Below, piece after piece: positions 41,332 through 55,054 of a stretch of 64,000 nt of DNA (its first letter is position 1; every line of letters begins with the position of its first letter). The notes under the pieces are model-generated. The model was not told the origin of the DNA. It was given only the letters and a program-made list of their open reading frames with translations, and ran no database searches. The stretch spans positions 4,278,001-4,342,000 of the forward strand of contig CP075492.1 in NCBI GenBank assembly GCA_021613535.1. The letters are read 5' to 3'. This DNA comes from Adineta vaga (lineage: Eukaryota; Animalia; Rotifera). Position numbers and translations under genes: made by a program.

Positions 41332-41831
41332 TAGAACTTTTGAAACATGTCGATTTTTTTGGTTTCTTCAGGAAAAACTTTTCATTTCAATTTGTTGTTC
41401 ATAGAAAAAAAATAGACAATGTACTTGAATTTTCCTGATTTATAAGTACTTGTTTCTCATTTATTAATTTCTTTTGAATGAGAACAAAAAATTCAAATAG
41501 TAGATGAAACATTAATTTTACAACATGTTTCTTGTATAAGTAACGAATACTTTTGATGCTACAAATAGAAAGCTGTGAATTATATCAATAATAAATGGCA
41601 TTTAACAGATGAAACTACAAGCATTATCAGTATTGAGTATAGAATAGATATAGTTATGTAATTTGATGAATGACGTAACGAGTAGTAATCATCACGAAAC
41701 AAACAGTGTATTCTGATAAAAACAAATGTACTACATTTGTACTTTTTCAACCTTTTGTTTGCTTTCATGATATATGAATATCGACTTTATACAGTCTGTA
41801 CAAAGAAAAAGTTCAGCCAAGTGAGTCGAAA

Positions 41832-41864
41832 GAGAAAAGAAAAGAAAAGAAAAGAAAAGAAAAG
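41832..41864 (+). repeat. (GAAAA)n pentanucleotide microsatellite
   Basis: About six tandem GAAAA units. Confidence 0.85.
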
Positions 41865-42017
41865 GAGGAAAGTGTCATACATTTGTCGATAAACATTAAT
41901 ACGTAGATTCGTTGATTTATTTGTGATGTTCGAAAATAGAAAGTATCATTCATTGTCTAACTGGGCGTTTTATGTTTCATCAAAATATATCAAGTAACTT
42001 ATCAGTATTTCATTAAG

Positions 42018-43746
42018 ATGGAGAATGCGACTAATTCTACAACTAATAATGCAATTGTAACAGCTCAAACATATCAAATTGTTCTTGGTTGTTTGGCATT
42101 TTTTCTAATCTTACCATTTGTTTTAATTCCTTTTAATCGTTTTCCATTGGGTAGTACCGGTGCTGTACTTGTCGGTGCTTTTCTTATGGTTAGTACCACT
42201 GTTATCAATCAAACCGATGTCTATGAAGTTATTGGCGATGCAAATAATTTAAAAACTATATTTCTTCTTTGGGGTATGATGGTTATATCTTCCTACTTCG
42301 AACGTGAACGTTTAATTGATTTTATATTAAATAAACTTTTTCCACCTGGCTTAGGATTTCATTGGTGGCTATTACGTTTAAGTATTATCGATTCACTTGT
42401 TGCTGCTTTATTTACTAATGATGTTGCTTGTGTGATACTCACACCATTAGTATTAAATAGATGGATCGAACAAAAACGAGATAAACATGAATTAAATACT
42501 TTATTATTAGCATTAGCTACTCAAGCCAATATAGGAAGTACATTGACAATTTTTGGTAATCCACAAATGGCATTAATGGCTTCAAAATCGAATGCATTCG
42601 TTGATCATCATAGTCGATTAGAATTAAAAACATGCGTTGAATATTTATGGTTACCAACTTTTATTGTTTGGTTACTCAATTTGATTTTTTTGATAAGCTA
42701 TCATCGTTTGAGTCAATGTAGAACGAATCAAACAGTACCGAAAGATACATCCAGTGAAGTAACTGTTGTTGATGAAACACGAGAACGAGAACAACCATCG
42801 AATGATGTTACTATTACTGTACCAAGATCGACTCGATTTACTGAACGTTTTCGAATGAAACAATTAGGAAATTCTTCTGAAGTAGCATCGACAATATCAG
42901 TAAGAAGATCACCAATGATGATCGATCGATGTGTTTCAGTAGCATCATTTCCAGATATTGAAGAATTTGTTGCTGAATATGAAAATTCATTTCAATCATC
43001 ACAATCTCGAACTTTTAAAATTATTCTTTGTACATTATTGATTCTCGTTATCGCTCTGTTATTTGCTTCGAGTGATAAAGTTTATTTTGATATTGGTATG
43101 AATATCTATAAATAATTCAGTTTTCAATCCATTTCCATTTGTTTTCAGGTTTAATTCCAGTCGGTGCAGCTATTATATTATTAGTTGCTGATACTTTAAT
43201 TAACCAACAATCTCCAATCTTTATTCTTACTCGAATTGATTGGAACGTTCTTCTTCTTTTTTTCGGTCTTTTTGTTTGGCTTCAAGGACTAAATTCTACT
43301 GGTATACCACATTGGTTATGGTATGTTACTCATTTCAAAAGACAATTCATCATGTTTCTCTTGTGTTGTTTTTTAGGGTGAAACTTCATCTTGATTCAGC
43401 AACATTAACAGATATGAATTCTTTATTAGTTTTCTTTATCTTTACTCTTCTTGGTAGTAATATTTTCTCTAATGTACCATTAACATTACTTGTTCTTGAA
43501 CAAGTTCCACGTACAGGTGATCATCTTAATTTGGTTTTATATCTTGCGTTTCTCACAACTATTGCTGGTAATTTAACTCTCTTTGGCAGTGTAGCTAATT
43601 TGATTGTTGCTCAGAAAGCATTGACAAGTTCAATCAAATATCGATTCAACTTTTTGACTTATCTCAAATATGGTTTTCTAACAACAATTCTACTCAGTTT
43701 TATTGGTATGGTAATAATCTATGGTTTACTTCAAAAACTTCCTTGA
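42018..43746 (+). CDS. ArsB/NhaD-superfamily permease, Lsi2 (silicon/arsenite efflux)-like; 3 exons
   Basis: LFTNDVACVILTP, LALATQANIGSTLTIFGNPQ, IDWNVLLLFFGLFV, SNIFSNVP, IAGNLTLFGSVANLIV; many TM segments; two short introns. Confidence 0.85.
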
Positions 43747-44238
43747 TGCTTTTTGTTTTAATGTATTCTTTTCATTAGTCTATTAACATCGTGTTTTTTT
43801 TTCTATTCCTACATCTCCATTATCTTCTATGGAGGTTTTTGAAATCAATGAGCAAAATATAAAATTAACGTGGCGTTAAGAAAAGAGAAAAAAAATATTC
43901 TATCAATCATGTTTTTGAAAAAATGCTCTTAAAAAATCTTTGTCGTACGATGGAACATTGTCAGTTCACATTAAAATCTAGTTAGATAAGGTTTATATTG
44001 AATAGCTAAAATAGATGAAAGTTGTTTGCAATAAGAAAAAGAATCGGTAAGTGCTTCAAGATATTCTTTTTTATGTTGAGAGAAAAATGTGCATTTTTAT
44101 GAGGGGTTCATTATTCTACTTTTTTTCTTCCATTTAGTATCGTATCGTTGAAGTATATATATATTTATATATCTTAACTCATATTTCTTTTTCACAAACA
44201 TGAATATATTCATTTAAACTTTTGTTTTAGAATTATTT

Positions 44239-44963
44239 ATGCTCTGGAGAAGAGTTATAATATTTATCTCTTACTTTCGATTTGTATTAACAATACTTAT
44301 TGGTCGAATTGATAATGCACAATTTAATCCAGATGATCCTAGTTCTCAATTCATTACATTTTCTAATATGACATCAGTTTATTCTTGTATATGTCAATGT
44401 TCGATATATTCAAATTGTACTCTTGTAAATTATAATAGTTCGTCTCAAACATGTTCACTTCTTTCAGCACAACGGTCGCAAGGAAATTTACAATTTATAT
44501 CAACAAATGCAACGAATACAGTGATCATATTCAATAAAACGAATCCTACTAGTAAGTAACAAAGAGAGAAATAACCTTCATTATTAGGAATTTAACTGTA
44601 AAGTCTTATGATAGTTGTGTCTGATATTCCTAATACTTATGCAAAGCATGACTCTTACATGTGTTTGCTGATTATTTTTGTAAGAAAACAATTGACGTGA
44701 AGTTAAGAGTATAGGAAATTGTTCTACTTGGTTAGATTATTGAGAGCTCATCATTTCAAATAGAGAAAATAAAACTGGTAATGAATGTAAAACTCAACAG
44801 AATGAAAAATCATTCTTTTGTCTATAACCAACTGATGTGACATAATTAGAATTACAGCTTCGGAACTAACCCAGTCTTTTCCAGCAACACTTGATAATCT
44901 ACGATTGTTTTTCTTATTTCAATAAAGCTATGGCGTCGGTTTATACCAGCACTTCGATTTCTC

Positions 44964-44996
<33 letters not shown>

Positions 44997-45517
44997 CTGC
45001 CAGTAAGGAAATAAAAATGTTTGAATTCTGTATGTTATTATATGCTAATAGATATTTCATGTGTTCCATCGATTGCACGAATTGCTAATTATACAACTTT
45101 GCCGATTACTTATCAAAAGCAGACATACAATTACACAGCAATATTTACTGGAAATGTTGTTCTTCATTTTGGTTTTAAGGCAAAAAATCCTGCGTTTACT
45201 TGGCATCTTGATGATGTGAGTGTTATTGATAGAAATGCATCGGATATTGAAAAATTAATTAATGGAAATTTTGAAAATTCTTCTTCAATTGGTTGGCAAA
45301 CAGTATGTTCAAGTCAGAATTGCGAAAATTTAACACATGGTGGTTTTATTCAAACAGATTGTCATACTGGTTTGTATTGTTATAAAGGTGCGTGTCAAGC
45401 AAATTTTGATTATTTACGTCAATCTTTTCAGTGACAGTTGGTCATCTTTATACTCTAAGTTTTTGGTTATTTACTGATGGACATAATCAACAAGAAGCCT
45501 ATGTTAATATCGGTTAA
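44239..45517 (+). CDS. Secreted Apple/PAN + Thr-rich linker + carbohydrate-binding-like domain protein, frameshifted near the 3' end
   Basis: Signal-like N-terminus; CICQC..C..YNSSSQTCSL (PAN-like); poly-Thr; WHLDDVSV..LINGNFE..GW. The frame breaks in a T-run at ~45425. Confidence 0.6.
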
Positions 45518-45887
45518 AAGTTAATATTGTTATGAATATTGCATTAGGAATAATATCTCTCATTTGAATCTGAATCCTTCTCTTTTTTTATCAAATAATC
45601 ATTTTTATTTCTGATATTCGATATGTCTGCATAATAAAACAGAAAATAATATAACCATGTATTTAGTTTTGTGTAAATAATCACGCAGTACAGAAGCAAA
45701 GAAATGACGACGAAAATAATTGTATGATTATTAAAATTTTGAATCACTATGATATACATGATTACAATTATGTAATCGAATGTTATTTTCATCCTTCGAT
45801 TTGTCAGTAGTTATTTAATCGTCCATAAGACTTCGCTTTATTCAAATTATGTGAGCATTCATTTAAAAAAGAACTCGTAAAACTATT

Positions 45888-46526
45888 TTATAGAGAATTT
45901 CGAAAATCATTCATTGAAAAATTAGGATCGATTTTACGACCTAAGGGTGATGCAACTTCTTTGTGTCCCATAACATTTGCTTTGGGTACGTTAAAAGCTT
46001 TCATAAGAGCACGAACACCTTTCAAATAACTTTGATATTGTACTTCTGGCCAGTATGAATGTCCTGTATTAGTAGCTGGAACACCTGTACCTTCAGCTTC
46101 AATACCAATAGCATTAGCATTCGAATATAATGCTGTATTTGTAACAACACCAGCATGATAAGAAAGACCAGCAGCAACGACATACCATTTACCACTACGA
46201 CCAAGAGCAAGTTGAGAAAGTGGACCGGGAAGACTTGAACTACCATCACGAATAAAATTTAATGATGGCATATCACCACTAGCTGGACCAGCTGTATGAT
46301 GACAAATAATACTCTTGACTGCAGTCATTTGACCATGACCACGTGTTGTCCAACCACCAACTTCTGTTACATCAAGACCAGCATTACGAAGAATAGTAGC
46401 TAAATTAGTAACCATCAATCGTGATTGAATGCTATCATCAGTCATGGAAATATTTCCAACAAGAGCATTTGTAATATGAGCCAAACATAGGCAAGATACA
46501 ATTGAAAATACGTTCTTAACGAACAT
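45888..46526 (-). CDS. Secreted N-acetylmuramoyl-L-alanine amidase (Amidase_2, AmpD/actinobacterial lysin type), copy 1
   Basis: Signal peptide; CHHTAG, LPGPLSQL, HAG, IGIEAE, GHKE, RKIDP zinc/catalytic motifs; intronless CDS, 212 aa. Confidence 0.92.
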   Translation of the reverse strand: MFVKNVFSIVSCLCLAHITNALVGNISMTDDSIQSRLMVTNLATILRNAGLDVTEVGGWTTRGHGQMTAVKSIICHHTAGPASGDMPSLNFIRDGSSSLPGPLSQLALGRSGKWYVVAAGLSYHAGVVTNTALYSNANAIGIEAEGTGVPATNTGHSYWPEVQYQSYLKGVRALMKAFNVPKANVMGHKEVASPLGRKIDPNFSMNDFRNSL

Positions 46527-47210
46527 GGTAAAAATTGATTAGCTTTGAAAAAGAAATGAATGAAGATATATATGTGATCGAAAGAAAAATTAATAGATTG
46601 TGTAGGACGCAAGAAAAAGGTATTAAAGTATTAGTTCTGATGGTTAATAATGCGTTCACTTTTTATACTCAATACTCTCTCTAGTTTTAATGTAGAAATT
46701 GACAAAAAGGAAAAGAAAATAATTTTAGTATTCTTCAAATTTCGACATTTTATAAACGAGATATCGCTCTATATCTGTCAGTGTTTGCAAACATATCGTT
46801 ATATTCATCTTAATTAATTCTATTCTTACTCTCATTTTGTTTTTAGTATGTAGATCAATTGTTCGTAAATTGATATCTTCAAAACAATCTTACTAATACC
46901 GACTATAGGGTATAAAAAAAACAACGATAATCGACTTTTGTTTTTTACACAAACTTTCTATTCGATTTTGTAATCACTATGTAATTGTCTTTCTTTTTTC
47001 AAATCTATGTTTGGTATTAACATTTAATCATAGCTTTTATTTTATGATATCAATTTTTAATTCAACTGAATATAGATTTTATTTATGTTTGACTAATTGA
47101 TGAATTCCATTACAATATCTTCATCTTTTCATTAGTATTTACAAGGTGAAATCAATAAAATATCTGTATACTTTTATTCAATTCTATAATCATTGATCAT
47201 CATATACACA

Positions 47211-48281
47211 TTAGTTCTTTGCTACCATTTGTTCACTTAATTTCCATAAACGTTCAGCTGCTTCCATATCTGCAGCATGTGGTGCTATACCCCATGCTGT
47301 TTTTTCTGGATTAATTCCTTTACTAATAGCACAATCTTCTAGATGTTCTCCACCAAATTGATCCAGTTCAGGTGCTAGAGCTGCATAAATACTCGTTGAT
47401 GCACCTTGTGCAGCAGTTTTAAATACATCAATCAATGTTCCATCTTCTTTATACCAACCCATTGCTCGTTGTTGTTTTTCTGGTATATTTTGTTGTAAAT
47501 TCGTTATAATACCACCTGGATGAACAGAATATGCATGAATACCTTGTAATGCATAGATTTTGTTTAATTGTTTAGCAAAAAGAATATTTGCAGTTTTGCT
47601 TTGACTATAAGCAAGCCATTTATCATAAGTTTTCTCCCAATTAATATCATTCCAATTGATATCACCACGTTTATTTGCAACTGAACTGACTATGACAACA
47701 CGTGATGGTCTACCTGCTTCGAGTTCTGGTAAAAGACTGGTCGTTAAAAGAAAATGAGCAAGATGATTAACACCAAATTGTAATTCATAACCATCGATTG
47801 TTTTCGAATATGGACAAGCCATAACTGCAGCATTACCTATCATATATATATATATATGTAATAGATTGAATAAACAAGTCAATAATTGTACATACAGATA
47901 AGAATTTTTATTGGTAATTGACGAGCACGAAATTGAGAAACGAAATTTCTAACTGATTCCAATGAAGTCAAGTTACATTCCATGACTTCGACATCCTTAT
48001 TACCAGTTGTTTTTTTAATATCTTCAACAATCTGTGCAGCTTTAACCATATCTCGTGCTGTAATAATAACATGTGCATTTATAGATGCCAATGCTCGAGC
48101 TGTTTCGACACCAATACCTTATAATAATTGAAGAAAAGTTTCAAACTATTTCATCATGTGTCATCATTGATTTACCTGATGTACAACCAGTAATAATGAC
48201 AATTTGTCCATCTAATTTTACGTTTAATTCTTTAGCAACTTCAAGTGCTGTTGATTTAGCATGAAAAGTTGCTGTAGCCAT
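47211..48281 (-). CDS. Short-chain dehydrogenase/reductase (RDH/WWOX-like), 3 exons
   Basis: [32 protein letters not shown] (YxxxK), VHPG; ATG 48281. Confidence 0.92.
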
Positions 48282-49858
48282 TGTGAAAACAAGATAGAGG
48301 AATATTGTTGTTTTCTTCTTTCAGATTATACAGTGCATCAGGGTGGAATTGGTAGAGGCTGATTGACATCCATATTTCTTTGCTCGTTCTGTTCTATATT
48401 AATGAGTTTTCTTTATTGTTTGGAAAGATAGATATCGCGAGTAAGTTATCCCGAGTATCTATAGAAAAGCTTGGTTTATCATGACCTTTCACACGACATG
48501 TCAATCTGTTTAAGAAGTTTTATACGTATTAATGATTCAGTTTGACGGCATAATAATAGGGCATAATTACTGTGAAATGTTTGTATAGTTAATTTATGTG
48601 TCACAATGAATCAAAGTCGTTTTTGTTTTTGTCATTGCATTATAAATAAAATTCAGTAAGATGACTTCAATTCAGCTACGACTTTTTCTTTTCAATTGAT
48701 CGTATTGAGTACAGAAAAAGAAGAGAGAACGACGACGACGACGACAATTTTGCTGACGAAGAGATCATCTTCCAAGTAAAACTATGTTCGACTTAAATAG
48801 ATTCTGCGCATATATATATATTTGGTGTAGTATTAGGTCTTAGTACTATTTCAGGAATGATCAATAGCGTTGAAATTTGATTAACGGGAAGAAAATGATA
48901 GGGAATAGGTAAATACTAACTTGACCAATATTGTAAATTGATTTTATTGAAAAGATCGATTCGAATGAAATAATTCGTTGATAAACATTTTGGTCGGTCA
49001 GAATAAAAGAGATAGATATTAAATTTTGTATTACATTCTCGAGCTAGATTGTATGTAATTTGTTCATGATTAGATACGATCATTCCTTGCTTGGTGATAA
49101 TCATAATAACCAATTGAAAAATAATAGTAGTGGAAAGAATAGCATCCGTTCGAAGTTGAACTGTTAAACTAACACGTTGATTTTGTCATTGACATTGACC
49201 GTAAGTTGCTCTAGGGGAATCTCGAATTGCCCTTGGTTCCAAGTTCTCCTACGACATATACATACATCCATCCGTTTATTCCATACGTGTGGCACAGAAA
49301 TCGTCACATGTAGCATAGACCATAGGGAAAAACGATTAAAAATACGATCAAATTTTGCATCTTTGATCGGAATTTTCCGAGAAGAATGTATGACGTATGA
49401 ATCATTATGAAAAAAATGACATACGACTCACATTAGGTTAAATTTCCAAGGCAATTAGCCATGGTTAGATAGGTATCAACTAGTTACAGATGATGAGTAA
49501 GTGACTGGGTTTTTTCATGACTTGCTTTATCGTCTCTTCAAATAGTTTTCAATCATTATTTCTCATATTGAAATCAATTTCTGCAGGTATCTAAGAGAGT
49601 ATCATACATGTATATATTGAAGTGCATATGATTCTATAAAATACAATCTCAACAAGATAGATAGACATACATTTTTTTGCATTTGGGAAAATCCAGGGTG
49701 AGGGTGAGAAAGTAAATGCTATGAGTAAATAATGTTAGAGAAAACAGAAAAATATATGAATTACATTTGACAATAGAGCTGATGATGCGTAACAGAGGAA
49801 ACTTATATGAGACTTAGAATCACGCTGCAAATACGTTATACAATTTAAAAATTTAGCC

Positions 49859-50401
49859 ATGGCAAGCGCTCTTTTTGGTATCATTGCGGTTGGTAGCGCC
49901 GCTACAAAAGCGCATAGTTTTTACAAGACAGGCAAAGCAGTTTACGATTATTTATGGAAACTCCACGTTAAAGATATTAAGATAACAGTCGCATTCGAAC
50001 GCCAAGTTGAAAAATATATAGTTATGTTCGAGGCAGTCAAAGATTCACATATAGTTCAAGGATTTACTTAATATCCAAGTTATGAAACAGAGAACATGAC
50101 AAATCCTGATGTATTCAAGATAATTGAATTGGAGTGTACAGTCAAAGATGTTGCCGACAAAGTTTTCGATAGATTCGTTAATGGAGGGAAATTATCGCAG
50201 AAAGAAGTGATTAACTATTTGAAAAATTTTTCTAATTTCTTTCAAGAGGACTATCTTATCGAATACGTTGGAGAATGCATTCATGAACAAGATCGCCTCT
50301 ACTCTCCTGACGATGCTCCCTTCGTTCACAAGTATAAAACATACACATGGAAAGGAACTTACAAAATTAGAAAGCTTCCACGTCTACTACCGAAGAAATA
50401 A
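49859..50401 (+). pseudogene. Orphan ~180-codon intronless frame interrupted by one in-frame TAA
   Basis: ORFs 49859-50071 and 50096-50401 share a frame, separated only by TAA at 50069-50071; GCCATGG start context; AATAAA at ~50499. Confidence 0.45.
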
Positions 50402-50639
50402 TCCCGTATTAAGAAGACTCCAATGTCATTATTCAAACAAGAGATAGTGTTCTGAATTGATTTTTCTCTTTTTTCTGTGATAACTTGTACTTTTGAAGAA
50501 TAAACCGTAAAAAAAATTCATCTGGAGTTGCTTCTGTTAGTGTTGACGTGTAATTCATTCGTTTCTACATTCATCGCTAGAATGTACTAGGCAGAGATAT
50601 CTAATTTGCACTTGAAGCACTGAAAAAACGATTAGTCTT

Positions 50640-51890
50640 GTTAAATAATCGGTATTTTCCTTTCGCTCTGCAATCCATGTGTTATACGTGCGACGAAAAA
50701 AAGGTATAATGAAAGGTTACAAATTGCACCATTAGTCAATAGTTTTGTTGAAAGGAACGTCCATTGATTGTTCAATGTGCTGTATTATCTTTGGTGCCAC
50801 TTTATTTCACACGACGCATTCTAATGTGAAAATCGAAATGATTTGGTGGACGTAAACATCGTTTTGCTTGATTTATTCCAGATAAAACTAGAACACCATA
50901 ATGAGAATATTGTTTTGGTTGAAGTATTTTATTTGGATTTGTGAGAATGACATCTTCTATGAACGGAGCATTCGATGGTATCGCTAGAGAATAACCATGT
51001 CTTCTAGTTATCAAATAATTAACAGGACAGTTTTGCATTTGAGTCGATTGACTATCTATTGTACATAAAAATGTATTATTTATGTCAGTTGTCAAGACGT
51101 AACTAGAACTATTTATTGACACGAAATATTGACTCATTCTTAGACATTTATCTGCTTGAAGATTATCTGATTCTAGAATATCACTACAAATCTTATCTCG
51201 GCTAAGACATTTTGTTGTATTTAATCTTCGATAAATCTCATTCGTATGATTTTCATTCTCATCGCAGTAAATTTCTGTAATAAATTCATCGTCAGTGCAG
51301 TTATTTAATTGTTTATGAAACATATTACTAAATGGTAAACAAGAAGTTGAATGTAAATTTTTATTCTTACATAGAAATTCATTAAATGAACAATTTGTAT
51401 TTGGATAATTAAGTTCATCGATACCATTGATTATCTAATGCTACAAGCCATGCACAATTGATTTATTCGCTTGAGCATTATCGCATAAAACTCTTCATCT
51501 TCTTAAAAAAAACAATCATAGTAATTATCACCAACGCGATTATATGAAATACATTTTCGAGATATATTACAATAAAAATACGATGAATTTTTACATGATG
51601 TTTGATTAGATATGTAAGTACATGTTAATCCATCAATAATCTTGACTTGTTTGAATGTCGAAAGTAAACATGGACAGTTTTTTGCTTGAAAATAAACAAA
51701 ATGTGAAGCAATATTCTCTTTGAATTCATTGATCGAACGATTTGTGAAATAGAAAAATTGAAAATATCCATACAGAATCGGCTTTGCCGGTAAGACTAAC
51801 CATTCTTCTGTACAATGATCAATCAAGGATTCACATTCTTCATTCCAATTACCATGAAAACATACCAGAGTTGGAAAAGGTGTTCTATAA
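50640..51890 (-). pseudogene. Decayed Cys-rich LDLa-like receptor gene fragment
   Basis: FYCNISRKCISYNRVGDNYYDCFF*EDE and CLSRDKIC motifs; in-frame stops and deletions. Confidence 0.55.
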
Positions 51891-52645
51891 CCTACGAGAC
51901 CGGAAAAAAGAGAGAACTTTTTCTCGGATGATATTAACTTACCAATACTTCGTTTGAAGAGAAGTAAACATCAAAAATTCTGTCGACAGTTTTCATCTTG
52001 AATATGATCGAATGATATAAACATCGCTAACGTTACTTGTGCATTATTACATGCATATGTATTTGTTGTCACATCGACATCGTGTGAAATAAACACGAGA
52101 TCAGCAGCAGTGATATCAAGAATTTCATTGAATCAGACTTAATTTCTGAGTAATATATTGAATATCGTACATGCATTACTGTCAATGATGTGAAATGAAT
52201 TAATAACTGTTATATCAGCATTGCTACAGAAATAGTTTTGACACTGAGTAACTAAAACTGTTTTTAATATTATAAAAGAGTAGCATTAAAGCATGATTTT
52301 TTTTCTCACTTACGAGGGGCTTTCAATGAATATGTTTACTCTATGTCATGTAATTAAGAAAAACAGATGTTACTGTTATTCATATCGAAATAAAAATCAG
52401 AGTTTATTACGCATTTTTTGATTGCAACATCTGGTCTTATGTAGGATCTCATATTTTAAAAGTAAGTTGAAGTTTCTTTGCGATCATCTGAGATATACTC
52501 TGAATCCTATTTGGTCACTACATAGTTATCGTTGATGTTGAAGAATATCATCTCAGTTCTTACTGATATATGACGACGATATTTTATCCATATCGTCTTG
52601 CGTTCTACAGATGTACTTAGATATACGTACTAAAACCACGCATGA

Positions 52646-52684
52646 AATGGGATTTTTCCATCCCATGGGATAAGATGGGACAAG
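52646..52684. repeat. ATGGGA-rich palindromic repeat (ATCCCATGGGAT), possible MITE terminus remnant
   Basis: Perfect 12-bp palindrome at 52660-52671 with further ATGGGA copies on each side. Confidence 0.45.
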
Positions 52685-53219
52685 AAAACTAGAAAATTAT
52701 CCTCTATGGAGCTCTTGAACATAGGTTCATGTGTTTTCTGTCGAATGTCTATGACATGTTCTTGAATAACTTTTTATTTCCAATTATCTTCTGATAAACG
52801 CGCTGATCATAAATCATAAAAAGGATTGTGTATCAACAGAGAGTCGATAAAACTCTTTTACTACTGTTTTATTATTAATTTTTAATTAAGGTAAATTATT
52901 CTTATTCTAATATAAAAGAATCAATTTATTAAGAGTATTTTCTTATTTTTAAAACACACATATTATGATTCGGTGCCATAGATCTCTGAATTCAACCTCA
53001 AATGGATATCAGAGAAACATTATATCGAAATTACTCGTCCTACTATTGATAAATAATATGGATCAATCAGATACTTTTGTCGTTCTATCGGCAATTATGA
53101 GTACGATGACTACAATGAGTAATAATATTGGATTTCGTTTCACGTCGCGCTAGCTTCTCAATGATACATAAATATAGATAGATAAATTATTCTAGACTAA
53201 CACATTTGATTTCAAACGA

Positions 53220-53511
53220 ATGGCTTTGATCATTCTTGGATTAGCTGGCGTTGCAGCTGTTGCTGCTCTCATTGGCATAATTCTCGTCAGCCTTTTTGTC
53301 GGTGCTTGCGTGGCTCTACTCTTGGTAAGATCACATTCATTAAAACAACGCCTTTTTTTCATTTCTATTCGAATTTTGTTTCTTATAGGCTTGTTGTTTT
53401 TGTCCAGTAGCTGTAAAAGTATGGAGAAATCGAAAAACATGCAAAAAACGAACACCACGACCTACAAATGAAAAGGACTGTGCTGAAATGATTAAATTAA
53501 GAGAGTGTTAA
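53220..53511 (+). CDS. Small (~75 aa) single-TM protein with a juxtamembrane Cys cluster; 2 exons
   Basis: Exon 53220-53324, intron GTAAG..TATAG 53325-53388, exon 53389-53511, giving ..VALLL|ACCFCPVAVKVWRNRKTCKKR..REC*. Confidence 0.6.
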
Positions 53512-54069
53512 CTTTGTTTTTAATCAGAAAACTAATTTCCCTTCTTCACCTTCGAGCTTCTGCGTGTCGGGCAACAATCACGAAAACTGGATTTTCCAGA
53601 AAGAAATTTGTGTATTTTTTCATATGTTATCATAAGAACTTTTAAATTACTTATAAAGTTGATCTGACACTAAAAAATTAAAGATTTTTTTCCTTTTGAA
53701 AACTACATAAAATGGAAGATGTTGGTGTAAGTGCACATGGATCTGCTTGAGACCCTCATCCTTGTATGCCAATGATTATCTTTGAGAACATCATTTCTTC
53801 GAAATTGATAACGGGAATCAATCGAACGTATAGAAAGTCATTTGATGATTACCAAGACTTCGATGACTCATCTGTTATTATTATTATTATTATCGCTAAA
53901 TAAATATAATACATCGTTTTGATACTTGATATAAACATAATTACATTAGGTTAAATTATCTTTTAAAAAAAAAGAAAAACATACCAATAAATATGATGAA
54001 AATAACAATATATTTCATTTCCCTTGAGTAGTATGAAAGTTATTATGAAAAGAACATTTGTATAACTCA

Positions 54070-54097
54070 CTAGCGAACGTACTCGACGTTGCTCGAG
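54070..54097 (-). mobile_element. Possible Helitron 3' terminus
   Basis: Minus strand: CTCGA-gcaacg-TCGAG hairpin, 8 nt, then CTAG followed by T. Confidence 0.35.
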
Positions 54098-55054
54098 AAA
54101 ATATTGAAACTAACAAAGTTTATTGGTGATATTAGAGCGTCAAATATATTCGTAAATTAAAAAATCATTTTTTTTGTAATGATACAAGTCGATGTGAGTA
54201 AGCATTTGAGGGTGTGTCTGAATAAAAAGAAAGTTTATCATAAAGCATCTTCAACTTAAATAGTTAGATTCTCTCAAGAAAAAATTATTAGAATGAATCT
54301 ACTCGATCACAGCACATTTCTATTCGATCGATTTTATGTCAAACAAATGAATAAATAACAAAAATTCCAGGTAAAACAACTGGATAAAAATGTACTTAAA
54401 TACTGAAAAATATTTGCTGATGTATACACTTCATATGTGTTCTTGAGAAACCATGTACATCGAGTATAATTATTGGATAACATACATAATAGTTAAATAA
54501 AGGAAAGGTAAAAAGCAAACAATCGTTCCATACTTGAATACATTTTTCTGATCTGATGCAATACTTTTCATATATTCATTCGATTCATGTCTTACGAATG
54601 TTCGTACCAACCCTGACTTATACATTAAGATAGAAAACGATTGGATGAAAGGAACGAAAAAAAAGAGTCGTTGTATGCTTGAGTGCACGGGTGATGCAAT
54701 AGTTGTATTCTATTTTAACTTGTCTAAAGCAAATAAGTACATCATCCGAGCGTATATATACGGACGGCAAGAACGAACAAATACATACCATTCATCATAT
54801 ACCTGTTGCTTGCCGACAGCATATTGTACTGAACGTTTCTTCTTACACTTTCTATCTACTTTCTTATCCGATTCAATTTTCAAGACAAAACTAGTTTGGG
54901 TCCACCGACTGAATTTGATATTGGTGTTTAATATTTTTTTTAATTAAAACTGCGATAACTGGGTAAGTCAATTTTTCCTAATAAAACAATTTGTTATTCA
55001 TTGTTATTCGTCTAGATTTATGTATTACTGGAGTCTTCTAATTAACTCGTTATT

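Noticed and set aside
49695-49708. AGGGTGAGGGTGAG telomere-like repeat
   Set aside because: Only about two units; consistent with chance.
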